A stretch of 42,136 nucleotides of DNA from Candidatus Omnitrophota bacterium (GCA_026387155.1 JAPLMF010000027.1:18317-60452); one strand, 5' to 3'; shown: positions 18,716-28,668, counted from the stretch's first letter. Notes: generated from the letters alone by a model not told the origin. A program made the numbers and translations.

Positions 18716-19367
18716 ATCCCCTTCCGCGTACTGTGTGGATCAATTTTTTCTTATGGCCCGTATCGATCTTATTCCTGAGATAATTTATATAGACATCTAT
18801 GACGTTGGTGAAGGTATCGAAATTTATGTCCCACACATGCTCCGATATCATCGTCCTGGTCACGACCGTTCCGGCATTGCGCATCAGGTATTCCAGAAGG
18901 GAATATTCTTTTGCAGTAAGGGGTATCTCTCTCCCGGCGCGCGTCACTTTGTGCGTGGAGAAGTCCATTATCAGATCCTCGACCTGTATCACCTTGGAAC
19001 CCGAATTCTCTTTCTTCCGCAGGACGGCACGTATCCTGGCCAGAAGCTCCTCAAAAGCGAAGGGCTTCGTCATGTAGTCGTCGGCGCCCAGGTCGAGCCC
19101 ATCAACTTTATCCTTGGTGGCGTCTTTTGCAGTGAGCATTATCACGGGGGAGAATATCTTCTCTTTACGGATCTCTTTAAATAGACTGTGACCGTCAAGT
19201 TTGGGGAGCATCAGATCCAGGAGGATCAGGTCATATTCGCCGGTCTTGGCCAGGAAGAGTCCCTGCTCGCCGTCATACGCCGAATCCACGGCGTAACCCT
19301 CTTCCTTAAGGCCGCGCTTAATAAAGTCGGCGATCTTTTTCTCGTCTTCGACAACAAGTATGCGCAT
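18690..19367 (-). CDS. OmpR/PhoB family response regulator
   Basis: VVEDE, LDLMLP, GADDY.TKPF and winged-helix (LTAKEY, TVRGRGY). Confidence 0.96.
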   Translation of the reverse strand: MRILVVEDEKKIADFIKRGLKEEGYAVDSAYDGEQGLFLAKTGEYDLILLDLMLPKLDGHSLFKEIRKEKIFSPVIMLTAKDATKDKVDGLDLGADDYMTKPFAFEELLARIRAVLRKKENSGSKVIQVEDLIMDFSTHKVTRAGREIPLTAKEYSLLEYLMRNAGTVVTRTMISEHVWDINFDTFTNVIDVYINYLRNKIDTGHKKKLIHTVRGRGYVFKIDKV

Positions 19368-19809
19368 ACGCTCCGCTCAAAATTTTCCGCATTCTAATGG
19401 CGGCACCTTCGCGGCCGGTGATAAAATTTTGATGGACAATGAACCTGCAAACACACAAACGATTAAACAGTTTCATTGTCCGTTCTGAACTGCCGTAATG
19501 TATCAAAATTTTATAACATTCGCTCCAGGCGGACCGCAAAGGTGCCGCCATTGCAGCGAACAGAAAAATTTTTCGCCTCTCTTCTATCAAGGTCCTCTGA
19601 GGGATGGGTGTTGAGCGGGGCGTCGAAAATCGCGAGCGGGCATGGTTCCCGCCAAACACCTTTGAAAATGTACTTACTGACATTCTATAGCTATCTCCTT
19701 GTTTGGCGGGAGAGCGAGCGATTTTCCGAGTGAAATTTCCTCGCAGGTGAAATTTCACGTCCCCGCGAAACACCCACCCGAGAGGACTTTGGAAATAGCG
19801 AAAAATTTT
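19367..19809. repeat. Structured non-coding element, copy B (modules 19396-19552 and 19565-19809)
   Basis: Fills the entire intergenic gap. Stems AATGGCGGCACCTT/AAGGTGCCGCCATT, AAAATTTTTCGC/GCGAAAAATTTT and TCCCGCCAAACA/TGTTTGGCGGGA. Junction sequences shared with copy A. Confidence 0.85.
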
Positions 19810-21445
19810 ACTTGAGCCTCTTGAACCACTCCGACAGGATCTTCTCGCCTTTTTTGCCGCGTAGCGTGTATCCGAGAGGACCTATGTCGGGCCTGGGGAA
19901 GTAGTTCCACCAGTAGAACCCTTTAAACCAGGGCCTGTTTGTGAGGACCATGAACAGGCTTTCAAGACAATTGGCCTGCTCGTCCTGTGACTCGATCTGG
20001 GAAGCGAGTGTAGGCAGTATCCGCCATGGCTGTTTATTGGAACCCAGCACAGTATCATATCCTATCTCGGTAAATACGATCGGTTTATCGTGGCCTGAGG
20101 TCTCAAGCCACTTCTCCAGTATATCGGCCTGCCTGTTCCACGCGGCTATCAGCTCCTCCTTCGGAGGATTATTTTTATTCGTAAGTGGGAAGTACGCGTC
20201 CATCCCTATATAGTCGACCGCGTCCCAAAATGACACCGTCTCGTACTCGTCCCAGTTTGCGGCATATATAAGGGGGCCGTTATAGACTTCCTTTACCGAT
20301 CTTATTATGTCCAGCCACTTATCCTTCCACCTTTCGGTCGTGGTGTTCGAAAGTTCAGTGCCTATACAAAGGAGCTCGACATCATACTTTGCAGCTAAAG
20401 AAGCGTAATGAAGTATGAGCTCCTTGTAGCTTGCGAACCACTCATCGCTGGGTATGATATTTGATCTGGCGTCTTCATCAACAAGATCTACGTGGGGCTT
20501 CAGCATAACCTTCATACCGAGGGAGTGTATTATGTTTATAGCGTGGCCTAAAGACTCATCACTCGTCGTCTTCTTCGCATCGTAGTATATCTTCTTAGAA
20601 GCAATGTCATCCTGATAGTAGACAGCCATTAGGGCTATCTCCTCCACACCCAGCTGTGACAGATATATGAGGCTGTAGTCGGACATATCACAGCTTAACT
20701 CATTGGTGTTCCACGAAGTGTAATTTACGCCCTTCTGGAATTCAGTATTGACTATAGGCCCCGGGGAAGGGACTATCTGACCTTCAACAAGATTTATCTC
20801 TTCCCTCTTCTTCTCTATGGCCGACTTCTCCTTCTTGCCGGAAAACACCTGGTCATAAGGAAGTTCGCCGGGGTTCTTGTCTTTAGGCCCATACGGTTCT
20901 ATCTCCCATATGGATATACCCCATTCGGGGTTAACCCTGGAGAGGCCGGCTATCTTTATATACCTTGCAGTAACGGGTTTGAAAACTACCTCATTTGTGC
21001 CGCCCCTCTGCCCCTCCAGCGCGACTACCCTGTTCCATGTTTTGGCATCGTCGGAGGATAATATCTCGAAACTGGGCGCGTAAGCCTGCTCCCATTTTAT
21101 GACGATCTTCGAGACGGTCTTCGGTTTACCGAGGTCCATATATATCCACTCGCCTTCCTTGTATGCGGAAGACCAGCGGGTCTCAAGATCTGCGTCGAAC
21201 GGCGCCATGGGATCGGGCCTCGGCGCCCAGTCCGGAGTCTCGTCGAAACCGGAGACGGAGGCCGATTGCACTTTAAGATATACGAGATCGTCGTTCGCAC
21301 TTCGCGCGGCTACAACTTCTTGGGGTTTTTGTACCTGCTGCTTATCGTTCTCCTGCGCGCACGAGGCATTCGTAAACACAAGCATGCTTAATATAACACC
21401 AAGAAATACCATTTTTGTTCTCACAATATACGGTCTTTTATTCAT
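19808..21445 (-). CDS. Secreted GH113 with N-terminal F5/8 type C (discoidin/CBM32) domain
   Basis: TRWSS, WIYMDLG, ARYIKI and SIWEIE (discoidin); KVMLKPH, IGTEL, YAANW and TEIGY (GH113). Confidence 0.87.
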   Translation of the reverse strand: MNKRPYIVRTKMVFLGVILSMLVFTNASCAQENDKQQVQKPQEVVAARSANDDLVYLKVQSASVSGFDETPDWAPRPDPMAPFDADLETRWSSAYKEGEWIYMDLGKPKTVSKIVIKWEQAYAPSFEILSSDDAKTWNRVVALEGQRGGTNEVVFKPVTARYIKIAGLSRVNPEWGISIWEIEPYGPKDKNPGELPYDQVFSGKKEKSAIEKKREEINLVEGQIVPSPGPIVNTEFQKGVNYTSWNTNELSCDMSDYSLIYLSQLGVEEIALMAVYYQDDIASKKIYYDAKKTTSDESLGHAINIIHSLGMKVMLKPHVDLVDEDARSNIIPSDEWFASYKELILHYASLAAKYDVELLCIGTELSNTTTERWKDKWLDIIRSVKEVYNGPLIYAANWDEYETVSFWDAVDYIGMDAYFPLTNKNNPPKEELIAAWNRQADILEKWLETSGHDKPIVFTEIGYDTVLGSNKQPWRILPTLASQIESQDEQANCLESLFMVLTNRPWFKGFYWWNYFPRPDIGPLGYTLRGKKGEKILSEWFKRLK

Positions 21446-22301
21446 AAAATCCTTTCAGCCCTGTTAATACTATGCCTTTCATGAAATACTTCTGGAACAC
21501 AAGGAACGCTATGAGCATAGGCGTCGTCGCCACGACGGCACCTGCCATGACCATCGCGAATCTCGTGCCAAACTGGCCGTTGAGCACGGAGAGGGCGAGC
21601 GGCAGCGTTCGCATCGAGCTTGAGTTTATCACTATGAGGGGCCATATGAAATTGTTCCACTGCTGCAGGAACGTAAATATCGCAAGCGTCGCCAGGATGG
21701 GCTTTATCATGGGCAGTATCATGAGCCTGTAGATCATGAACTCGCCGCACCCGTCTATCTTGGCCGCATCGATAAGGTCGTCCGGTATCGACATTATGAA
21801 TTGTCTGCACAGGAAGACGCCGAACACTCCGGCCATGACAGGTATTATCAGTGAATTATAAGAATTGAGCCATCCGAATTTTCTCATCAGGATAAAGCCG
21901 GATATAATATTGACCTGCCACGGTATCATAAGAGAGCCCAGGAGCACGAAGAATATCTTATCCCTGCCCCAGAACCTGTGCTTGGCGAATGCGTAGCCCG
22001 CCAGCGAACAGAAGAAGAGGTTCGCGACCGTCACGACGGACGCGACCCAGATCGAATTCAGGATGTAGCGGAACATAGGGACTAGACCAAATAGGTCCTT
22101 ATACGGCAGGAGCGTCGGATGCTTCACTAGAAAAGAAGGCGGATACGATTGTATCTCTTCAACGGGCTTTATGCTGGTGACGAACATCCAGACATACGGA
22201 ATAGCTATGGAGATCGCGCCGAGGAAGAGGAGAGCGTATATCACGCTCTTTATCGCGACATTTTGGGACCGTTTGCTCTTCGGAATTTCCATATCGCTCA
22301 T
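21438..22301 (-). CDS. Carbohydrate ABC transporter permease (MalG-like)
   Basis: EAA-like loop DAAKIDG, WNNFIWP, six TM segments. Confidence 0.93.
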   Translation of the reverse strand: MSDMEIPKSKRSQNVAIKSVIYALLFLGAISIAIPYVWMFVTSIKPVEEIQSYPPSFLVKHPTLLPYKDLFGLVPMFRYILNSIWVASVVTVANLFFCSLAGYAFAKHRFWGRDKIFFVLLGSLMIPWQVNIISGFILMRKFGWLNSYNSLIIPVMAGVFGVFLCRQFIMSIPDDLIDAAKIDGCGEFMIYRLMILPMIKPILATLAIFTFLQQWNNFIWPLIVINSSSMRTLPLALSVLNGQFGTRFAMVMAGAVVATTPMLIAFLVFQKYFMKGIVLTGLKGFYE

Positions 22302-22305
22302 TATA

Positions 22306-23949
22306 TCAAAAACTGTCTAAAGCTGCAAGCCTGACCATTTTTTCCAAGGCCGGTATTACCTTCTCAATCCCTATACGCACCATTTCCCTCGCCCTATCTT
22401 GCGAATCCGCAATAGCATAATTCCTGAACTCCGGTGCATTACCGGATGGCCTGAGATGCGATATCTCACCATTATTAAAAAATATTCTTATGCCGTCTGT
22501 ATAATTTACATTTTCAACTTTTCCAAAACCATCATCGCCTGAAAATACTCCTTCTATTCTCTTTTTAATAATTTTGAACTCTTCTGCATCATCCAAATCT
22601 TTAGGGGTTAAATAATTGATTATAGCCTTGCCCGTTTTCACAGGAAATTCTTTTTTCCTATCTGCATGTGTGAATCTTGAAGGGAGTGTTTTTAAAAATT
22701 GCGAAATATTATCCCCGCTTTTTACAATCAAATGTATAACACTTAAAAGTGGAAGTACCGCATCTCTGGTAGGTAAAGCCTTAAGGGTTTTATCTCCAAT
22801 CGTAAGATCGGTTCCTGTTAAAAAACCACCATTCGATTCCCATGAAAACACATTCCATCCAACTGAGTGTCTACTGATGGAATCATTCATTGCGGCAATA
22901 ACAAAAGGGGAGCCGATCTTCGTCTGGGTCAATTCTATACCTTTGTCTTTACAAATCTTCATAATAGAATCATTTGCACTAACAGGAACACACACGGCAT
23001 CTACCTTTATATTTAAATTTTGCAAACCCAATATAGCAAGTAATCCTAAAATATCACCGGATATATATTTTACAAAATCGGTCGGTTTGCCTTCTTCATA
23101 TTCCCTGTAAACCAGAAGCGGCCTATCCGAATCGCCGTCTAATGTTATCCCGATATCGAGATCATTATCCACGAGAACCTTCTTAAAGAGTAATAAAGTT
23201 TTATCAGAAACACTTTCAGTATCAACCGGAACAAACTCATCACTTCTTAAAGGTTCATTGTCTATCTTAATGTCAGGCGCAAAAACTTTAGCGCCTAAAC
23301 TTTCAAAAATGTCTTTTATGATGTCCCTGCCCACTGCGGAATGTTGATACAGAAATATCTTTGTCCCTTCAGGAAAAAATTCATTGCCGAACGCGTTTCT
23401 GTATCTATCTATATATAACTCTCCGGACTTGCCCGTATAACATTCAGCTTTTAAGAGCTCATTAAATTTAGACTCAAGCGTTGTTTTAAAGGCTCCATTT
23501 TTATCAAAAATTGAATATCTTGCGCAAGTAGAATAAACTTTTGCCCTAACTTTCATTACATTTTCCAGAATACCCGGCTCATCTAATTTCAATATCTCTC
23601 CTGAACGCTTTGTAAACTTTATACCATTCCTATCCGCCGGTATATGACTACCTGTAACCATAATACTGGCCATATTACTTTGCATTGCATAATAAGCTAA
23701 AGCAGGACTGGGCACCTGCCCTTCGTCGTTTACTATACCGCCCATATCGCAAATAGCAGCTGCAACAGCCCTCTTTATCCTATATGTGCTGGGCCTTCTA
23801 TCTCCGCCTAAAGCTACATTATTACCTTTTTTAAATTCTCCGGCATTTGCAAGATATGCGATAAACCCCCTTGCATTAACATAGCATTCCATATCGGTCA
23901 TATTTTCGACCGTGTCTCTTAATCCGCTTGTACCGAATTTTAATTCCAT
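22306..23949 (-). CDS. Phosphomannomutase (alpha-D-phosphohexomutase)
   Basis: FGTSGLR, TGSHIP (phospho-Ser), DGDSDR, RPSGNAPE. Confidence 0.9.
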   Translation of the reverse strand: MELKFGTSGLRDTVENMTDMECYVNARGFIAYLANAGEFKKGNNVALGGDRRPSTYRIKRAVAAAICDMGGIVNDEGQVPSPALAYYAMQSNMASIMVTGSHIPADRNGIKFTKRSGEILKLDEPGILENVMKVRAKVYSTCARYSIFDKNGAFKTTLESKFNELLKAECYTGKSGELYIDRYRNAFGNEFFPEGTKIFLYQHSAVGRDIIKDIFESLGAKVFAPDIKIDNEPLRSDEFVPVDTESVSDKTLLLFKKVLVDNDLDIGITLDGDSDRPLLVYREYEEGKPTDFVKYISGDILGLLAILGLQNLNIKVDAVCVPVSANDSIMKICKDKGIELTQTKIGSPFVIAAMNDSISRHSVGWNVFSWESNGGFLTGTDLTIGDKTLKALPTRDAVLPLLSVIHLIVKSGDNISQFLKTLPSRFTHADRKKEFPVKTGKAIINYLTPKDLDDAEEFKIIKKRIEGVFSGDDGFGKVENVNYTDGIRIFFNNGEISHLRPSGNAPEFRNYAIADSQDRAREMVRIGIEKVIPALEKMVRLAALDSF

Positions 23950-24070
23950 CTGGCATCCTTTTCAAATATCAAGATATTATATCAGAATTGACTGAAAAAA
24001 ACTATATACTGTGAAGCCTGAAAAGGAGTAAGATGATAGTGATTAATTTCCCTATAGGAGAATTTTATCG

Positions 24071-25375
24071 GTGGATATTAAAAGCGTATTATCAAAAAAT
24101 CTTGGCATAACGAAGCTTACGCCGGCCTCTTTAAAAGAAGCCTTAGCGCATCATTATAATCACCTGCCTGATGACGAAAAGAGGCGTATAAATCGTGAAA
24201 TCGCCCATTATGTAATAAAAGCCATGGGGCTTCCGCAAGATAAGAAAAGATACGAAGCTACCGCAAAAACAGGATCCTTATCGGACACTCGCGTACTGGG
24301 AATAAATTACTTCGGTCCTCTTGATGTTACTATCCAGTGGAAGACCGAAACGGACGGCACTCTCACGCTGGCAGGATACCGTACGGATTCGGGAGGAGAT
24401 CAGATCAACGTATCGAAGGTATTCAGCGCTTTTCACGAAAATATCGCGCTGGTGGCGTGGACAGGAAAAGCGGGCGGAGAGATCACCGATGTTTGGGAAA
24501 GAAATTTCCTGAATTCAAGAATAATTCCAACACTGATCCGCGACACCGAAGAAGATGAACGGGCAGCGATTTATAATATAATTGACGGCGATACGCTTCC
24601 CGGAATGTTCGGGTGGGCAAATGAACTGTCAGGTGAAACAGTAGAGAATATCAACCAGGAAGCCTTGACGATGCTTAACCGGATGCTTAAAGGAGGATCG
24701 GATAATATCTGGATGACCCTTTCGGCGGGAGGACCTATAAGATATAACAGGCGCCTTGCCTATTACGCTTCACTTATAAAAGAGGTAAAGAAGAAATATC
24801 GGGACGATGTGAAATTACTGATCGATTTCAAGTTCATGTCCGGCCCTGCGGAGACCATGTCGGTTCTGGATATTCATAGAGAAACGCCTCAGGATATAAT
24901 TAAACCTAATCTGGAAGAATTTATACAGATCCTGACCTTGAGCGGTTTGGCAGAAAAAGGCGCTCTTGATAAAAATGCAATTACCGAAAAAGTCGTTAAA
25001 GCATACGCAATAAAATTGAGGAACAAATATAATCTTCTGGGAGTGCTTGTTTCAATGGATAAATCCGGATTGGTTCTCGTTATGAAAGATAGGATCATTA
25101 AGGAAAAAGGTATCAGTATAATACAGGCATGTCCTACAGGCGCGGGAGATTCACTTAAAGCGGGCCTTCTTTACGCGCTTTCCAACGGAAAGTCATTTGA
25201 GGAAGCTGTACATACCGGAAATCTTTTTGGGGCTTCAACGGCTTCTATGGAAGGCTCTCAAACTGTCACTCCGGATAGTCTTGCCAAGATAGAGACTTTA
25301 GCGCGCATACAAAATGTAGTGCCGGAAATAGAAATGCCGATGTCTCTCGGCACCGGCATTTCTTCAGAACAATAA
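24071..25375 (+). CDS. PfkB family sugar kinase (1-phosphofructokinase-like) with N-terminal extension
   Basis: GG..INVS, IKPNLEE, PTGAGDS; the only credible + strand gene. Confidence 0.82.
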   Translation: MDIKSVLSKNLGITKLTPASLKEALAHHYNHLPDDEKRRINREIAHYVIKAMGLPQDKKRYEATAKTGSLSDTRVLGINYFGPLDVTIQWKTETDGTLTLAGYRTDSGGDQINVSKVFSAFHENIALVAWTGKAGGEITDVWERNFLNSRIIPTLIRDTEEDERAAIYNIIDGDTLPGMFGWANELSGETVENINQEALTMLNRMLKGGSDNIWMTLSAGGPIRYNRRLAYYASLIKEVKKKYRDDVKLLIDFKFMSGPAETMSVLDIHRETPQDIIKPNLEEFIQILTLSGLAEKGALDKNAITEKVVKAYAIKLRNKYNLLGVLVSMDKSGLVLVMKDRIIKEKGISIIQACPTGAGDSLKAGLLYALSNGKSFEEAVHTGNLFGASTASMEGSQTVTPDSLAKIETLARIQNVVPEIEMPMSLGTGISSEQ

Positions 25376-25380
25376 ATTAC

Positions 25381-26835
25381 TTACACCGTACCTCTACGGT
25401 CTTCGAGGCTATCGCGGATATCCTCGGATTTTTGTCTTGTTAGCGGCACACGCATAACGAAAATAATAGCGACGACGAGACCCACGACCGGAAGAGATGC
25501 AAGGCTTGCGCGGATCCAGAATATAGTCTGAGGCGCCTGCACATTAACTTTCCAGGTAAAACCAGACCATGTCAAAATAAGGCCGGAAAAATAATACCCG
25601 AGTGAATTCCCCAGTTTAAGGATATAGGAACCGCAGGCCGTAAAAGAACCTTCCCTTCTTCTACCGGTATTCAGTTCATCGTAGTCCATAATGTCGGCGC
25701 CGATGGCGCTATGCAGCATCCAGAGACTAGCCGCGGCCATTCCCATCAAACCTGACGAGATCGTCTGCAGCCATTTGATCGCCGGCGTATATAAAAACCA
25801 GGAGCCGCCGTAACCGCATATGCCTATGACGCAGGCCACCACTGCCGCCTCGCGGTTGCCGATACGATCCGCCAAGAACTTATGCAATGGTACGCCTATA
25901 AGGCCGCCCACCATAAAAGCCACACCCATCCAAAACTGCCAATTATCTCCCGAAATTCTGTTGCCGCCGGCTACATAAAAGACCGTGGCGTAGTAACCAA
26001 GCGAGCCCACCATACTCGTGCCCATGGTAAAAGCACCGCCCATGACCATCATCTGACGGAATGGCTTACACTTAAGCGTCTCACCCAGGGAACTAAGAAT
26101 AGAGACCTTCTCTTTAACCTTTACCACTACTGTCTCATAGTAGCGCTCTTTAACTCTGAAGAAAATAATTATGGAAAAAATAGCCATTACTACGCCCAAT
26201 ATTGCTGTGTACATCCGCATTCCCAGGAGGGTATTCTTTTGCGCTGTTCCCGGAATTAGAAACCAGGCAAGGTTAGTGAACCGCAAAGCGTAAAAATTAC
26301 CCAATTCCGAAACCTTCTGGGTCATACTGCGATAGGACATTATGGAGGTCCGCTCATGATAATCAGGCGACATTTCCGCGCCAAGACTATAGTAAGGTAC
26401 GGTAAAGGCACTGACTATAGGATAATAAAGCATGGTGGAACCGATCATGTACCAAAAGACCGCGGAGACGCCGAGAAATTTTGCATCCGCCCAGGACGGC
26501 GACACCAAAAACAGTATCGGTAGGCAGAGTCCGCTAAAAATACCGGCTATCAAAATAAAAGGACGGCGACGACCCCATTTAGTACGTAAATTATCGGACA
26601 GCCACCCCACAATAGGATCAATAAGCGCATCCCATACCCGGATCAACGTAAGCGCCAAACCTACCAGCCACGGTTCAACACCCAAATACATGTTGAAGAC
26701 CGCAAAAGCAACAGCCGGGTACAACCAGAGGCCCCACATATCGACTGCCGTGCCAAGACTATAAGCCATCTTGGTGCCCCTCGGAACACGATCTCGCGGC
26801 GCTTTCCTTCTTTCAACAAATTTAGGTTCTTCCAT
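25381..26835 (-). CDS. MFS glycoside-pentoside-hexuronide (GPH) transporter
   Basis: DALIDPIVGWLSD..RTKWGRRRPF, PYYSLGAEMS..Y.ERT, GRRREG. Confidence 0.9.
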   Translation of the reverse strand: MEEPKFVERRKAPRDRVPRGTKMAYSLGTAVDMWGLWLYPAVAFAVFNMYLGVEPWLVGLALTLIRVWDALIDPIVGWLSDNLRTKWGRRRPFILIAGIFSGLCLPILFLVSPSWADAKFLGVSAVFWYMIGSTMLYYPIVSAFTVPYYSLGAEMSPDYHERTSIMSYRSMTQKVSELGNFYALRFTNLAWFLIPGTAQKNTLLGMRMYTAILGVVMAIFSIIIFFRVKERYYETVVVKVKEKVSILSSLGETLKCKPFRQMMVMGGAFTMGTSMVGSLGYYATVFYVAGGNRISGDNWQFWMGVAFMVGGLIGVPLHKFLADRIGNREAAVVACVIGICGYGGSWFLYTPAIKWLQTISSGLMGMAAASLWMLHSAIGADIMDYDELNTGRRREGSFTACGSYILKLGNSLGYYFSGLILTWSGFTWKVNVQAPQTIFWIRASLASLPVVGLVVAIIFVMRVPLTRQKSEDIRDSLEDRRGTV

Positions 26836-26871
26836 TACGTTTTCTCCTATTTCCTTTTTTGAACATTGCTC

Positions 26872-27813
26872 TTAGCGATTATAACATGCATCGATAAGAC
26901 GCTTTAAGCTTGTAGTAGCCACGCATTGAACCGTATCAGCACCGCCGTAATAAATTTTAATTTCGCCGTTATCTTCTGCCACGGCGCCACAGGTAAAGAC
27001 CACGCTGGGAGTCTGTCCCACAAGTTCGTATTGCTCCTCGGGGATCAGGATCGCGTCTGCAGACATAGCCTTGACTTTTGCCGGATTCTTCAGGTCCAAA
27101 AGACAAACACCTAATTGATAAACAAAATGCGATCTGCACTGAGTACGCACTCCGTGAAAAATAGTCAACCATCCCTCGGGTGTTTTAATAGGAACGGCTC
27201 CCGGCCCAATCTTTGTCCAGGCCCAGCGGATCCCCTCCCAGTTCCTAAATACACATTCACTCTTTCCCCAAAAGATCAGATCGGGAGAATAAGACACCCA
27301 AATATCCCCTGTATCGGATCCGGTATTGGGACGATCAAGGCGCGTATACAATCCGTTGATCTTCTCCGGGAAAAGCACTCCGTTGCGGTTATCTGTTTCA
27401 GAAATAAACCCCGCCCATTGAAATTTCTTAAAGTCCTTTGTCTTCACCAGGCTCAGCCGGCAGGTGTGGCCGCTATGCGCGGCGTGGACCATATAATATA
27501 TATCTCCGAGCTTTGTAACGCGCGGATCATAATACATACCGTCTGAATACTTCTTAAACTCCGGATCATCGTGGGGCATATCCAACGGCTTTGACCGAGG
27601 GTTAAAATGATAACCGTCCGCGCTTTCCGCGATCCAAAAACGGTCAACCAGAGCGGAATTCTCCACCCGGCAAATCATAATATAAGTTTTATTGTATTTC
27701 ACGATGCCGGAATTAAAAACATTTTTAATATCAGCCTCGGCGGGAAAATCCTTACCTGTCAAGATAGGATTTCCCTCATACCGCTTGCATATAGGATACT
27801 TCTTTGTTTTCAT
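26872..27813 (-). CDS. GH130 beta-mannoside phosphorylase
   Basis: VFNSG, YDPRV, NRNGVLFPEKING, KIGPGAVP, FHGV, YYGGADT. Confidence 0.9.
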   Translation of the reverse strand: MKTKKYPICKRYEGNPILTGKDFPAEADIKNVFNSGIVKYNKTYIMICRVENSALVDRFWIAESADGYHFNPRSKPLDMPHDDPEFKKYSDGMYYDPRVTKLGDIYYMVHAAHSGHTCRLSLVKTKDFKKFQWAGFISETDNRNGVLFPEKINGLYTRLDRPNTGSDTGDIWVSYSPDLIFWGKSECVFRNWEGIRWAWTKIGPGAVPIKTPEGWLTIFHGVRTQCRSHFVYQLGVCLLDLKNPAKVKAMSADAILIPEEQYELVGQTPSVVFTCGAVAEDNGEIKIYYGGADTVQCVATTSLKRLIDACYNR

Positions 27814-27846
27814 ATCTAATTTCCTCTCTTTTTAGGACTCTTTTTA

Positions 27847-28626
27847 TTATGCAATATCTAACCACTCTGTATCAGCTCTATTCCATTCTAAAATTGGATG
27901 CCCTCTACCTTCAAAGTATGCCCGGACTTTTTCTTGATCGTATTTTAACAGGTCTTCAAGAATAGGCACTAGGATGGAAAGAACATTATCGGATATTACG
28001 CTTCTTCGACAGATATGTCCCATATAAGGTGACGGAGAAACGGTTATTGGATAACCATTGTAGGACATGATATGTAACATCACATGAACATCGCTTGAAC
28101 CATCTCCTACATATATTATGGCATCCCTGGGAACATTCTCTTTTTCCTTTAACATATCGAGGGTGGCTACTTTCGCATGCCCGGCATTAGTTCTTTCAAC
28201 ATCCTGGACGATGCCATTTTTATAAACAAAAGTTGTGCCGTAGACGTTGTCGGCAGGTAAGATGTGTTCTACTGCTTTCTCAACACACTCTTTAGGCGCC
28301 GCGGATACTATATACGTGCTGAAACGGCAATTATCAATTCCTTCAGCCAGGATCTTCATTAGTTCGGGGACCCCTTTCTTGAGCTGAATCTCTTTTCCTA
28401 CTTCATAAAGAAGGTCTTTAGATACTTTCCCGATATAATCAGGGTCCCGAACTATCAAATGCGCGAGCTCTCCACCGAGCTGTACGATGTTTCTGCGTTT
28501 TATATCTTCTATCTTCCGGTCGAACGCTTGAGCGGATATTCCCAGCTTTGCGCTTAGTATATTTCCTACATCTCCTACAGAGAGTGTCTTGTCAAAATCA
28601 GAAGCAAAGATAATTTTTTTCTTCAT
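27847..28626 (-). CDS. HAD-superfamily phosphatase (IB-like)
   Basis: DFDKTL motif I, VSA motif II, K, GDGSSD motif IV. Confidence 0.85.
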   Translation of the reverse strand: MKKKIIFASDFDKTLSVGDVGNILSAKLGISAQAFDRKIEDIKRRNIVQLGGELAHLIVRDPDYIGKVSKDLLYEVGKEIQLKKGVPELMKILAEGIDNCRFSTYIVSAAPKECVEKAVEHILPADNVYGTTFVYKNGIVQDVERTNAGHAKVATLDMLKEKENVPRDAIIYVGDGSSDVHVMLHIMSYNGYPITVSPSPYMGHICRRSVISDNVLSILVPILEDLLKYDQEKVRAYFEGRGHPILEWNRADTEWLDIA

Positions 28627-28668
28627 TTTTAACGCACGCCTTCTTCCTTAAAATGTAAATGTTTTGGA

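Noticed and set aside
17264-19367. Calling the two-component system cusRS/czcRS
   Set aside because: Only generic family similarity; no metal-efflux genes nearby and the context is carbohydrate metabolism
19318-19773. 151-aa ORF in the intergenic gap
   Set aside because: Lies within structured element B, overlaps the regulator out of frame, has no protein-like motifs and is not preserved in copy A
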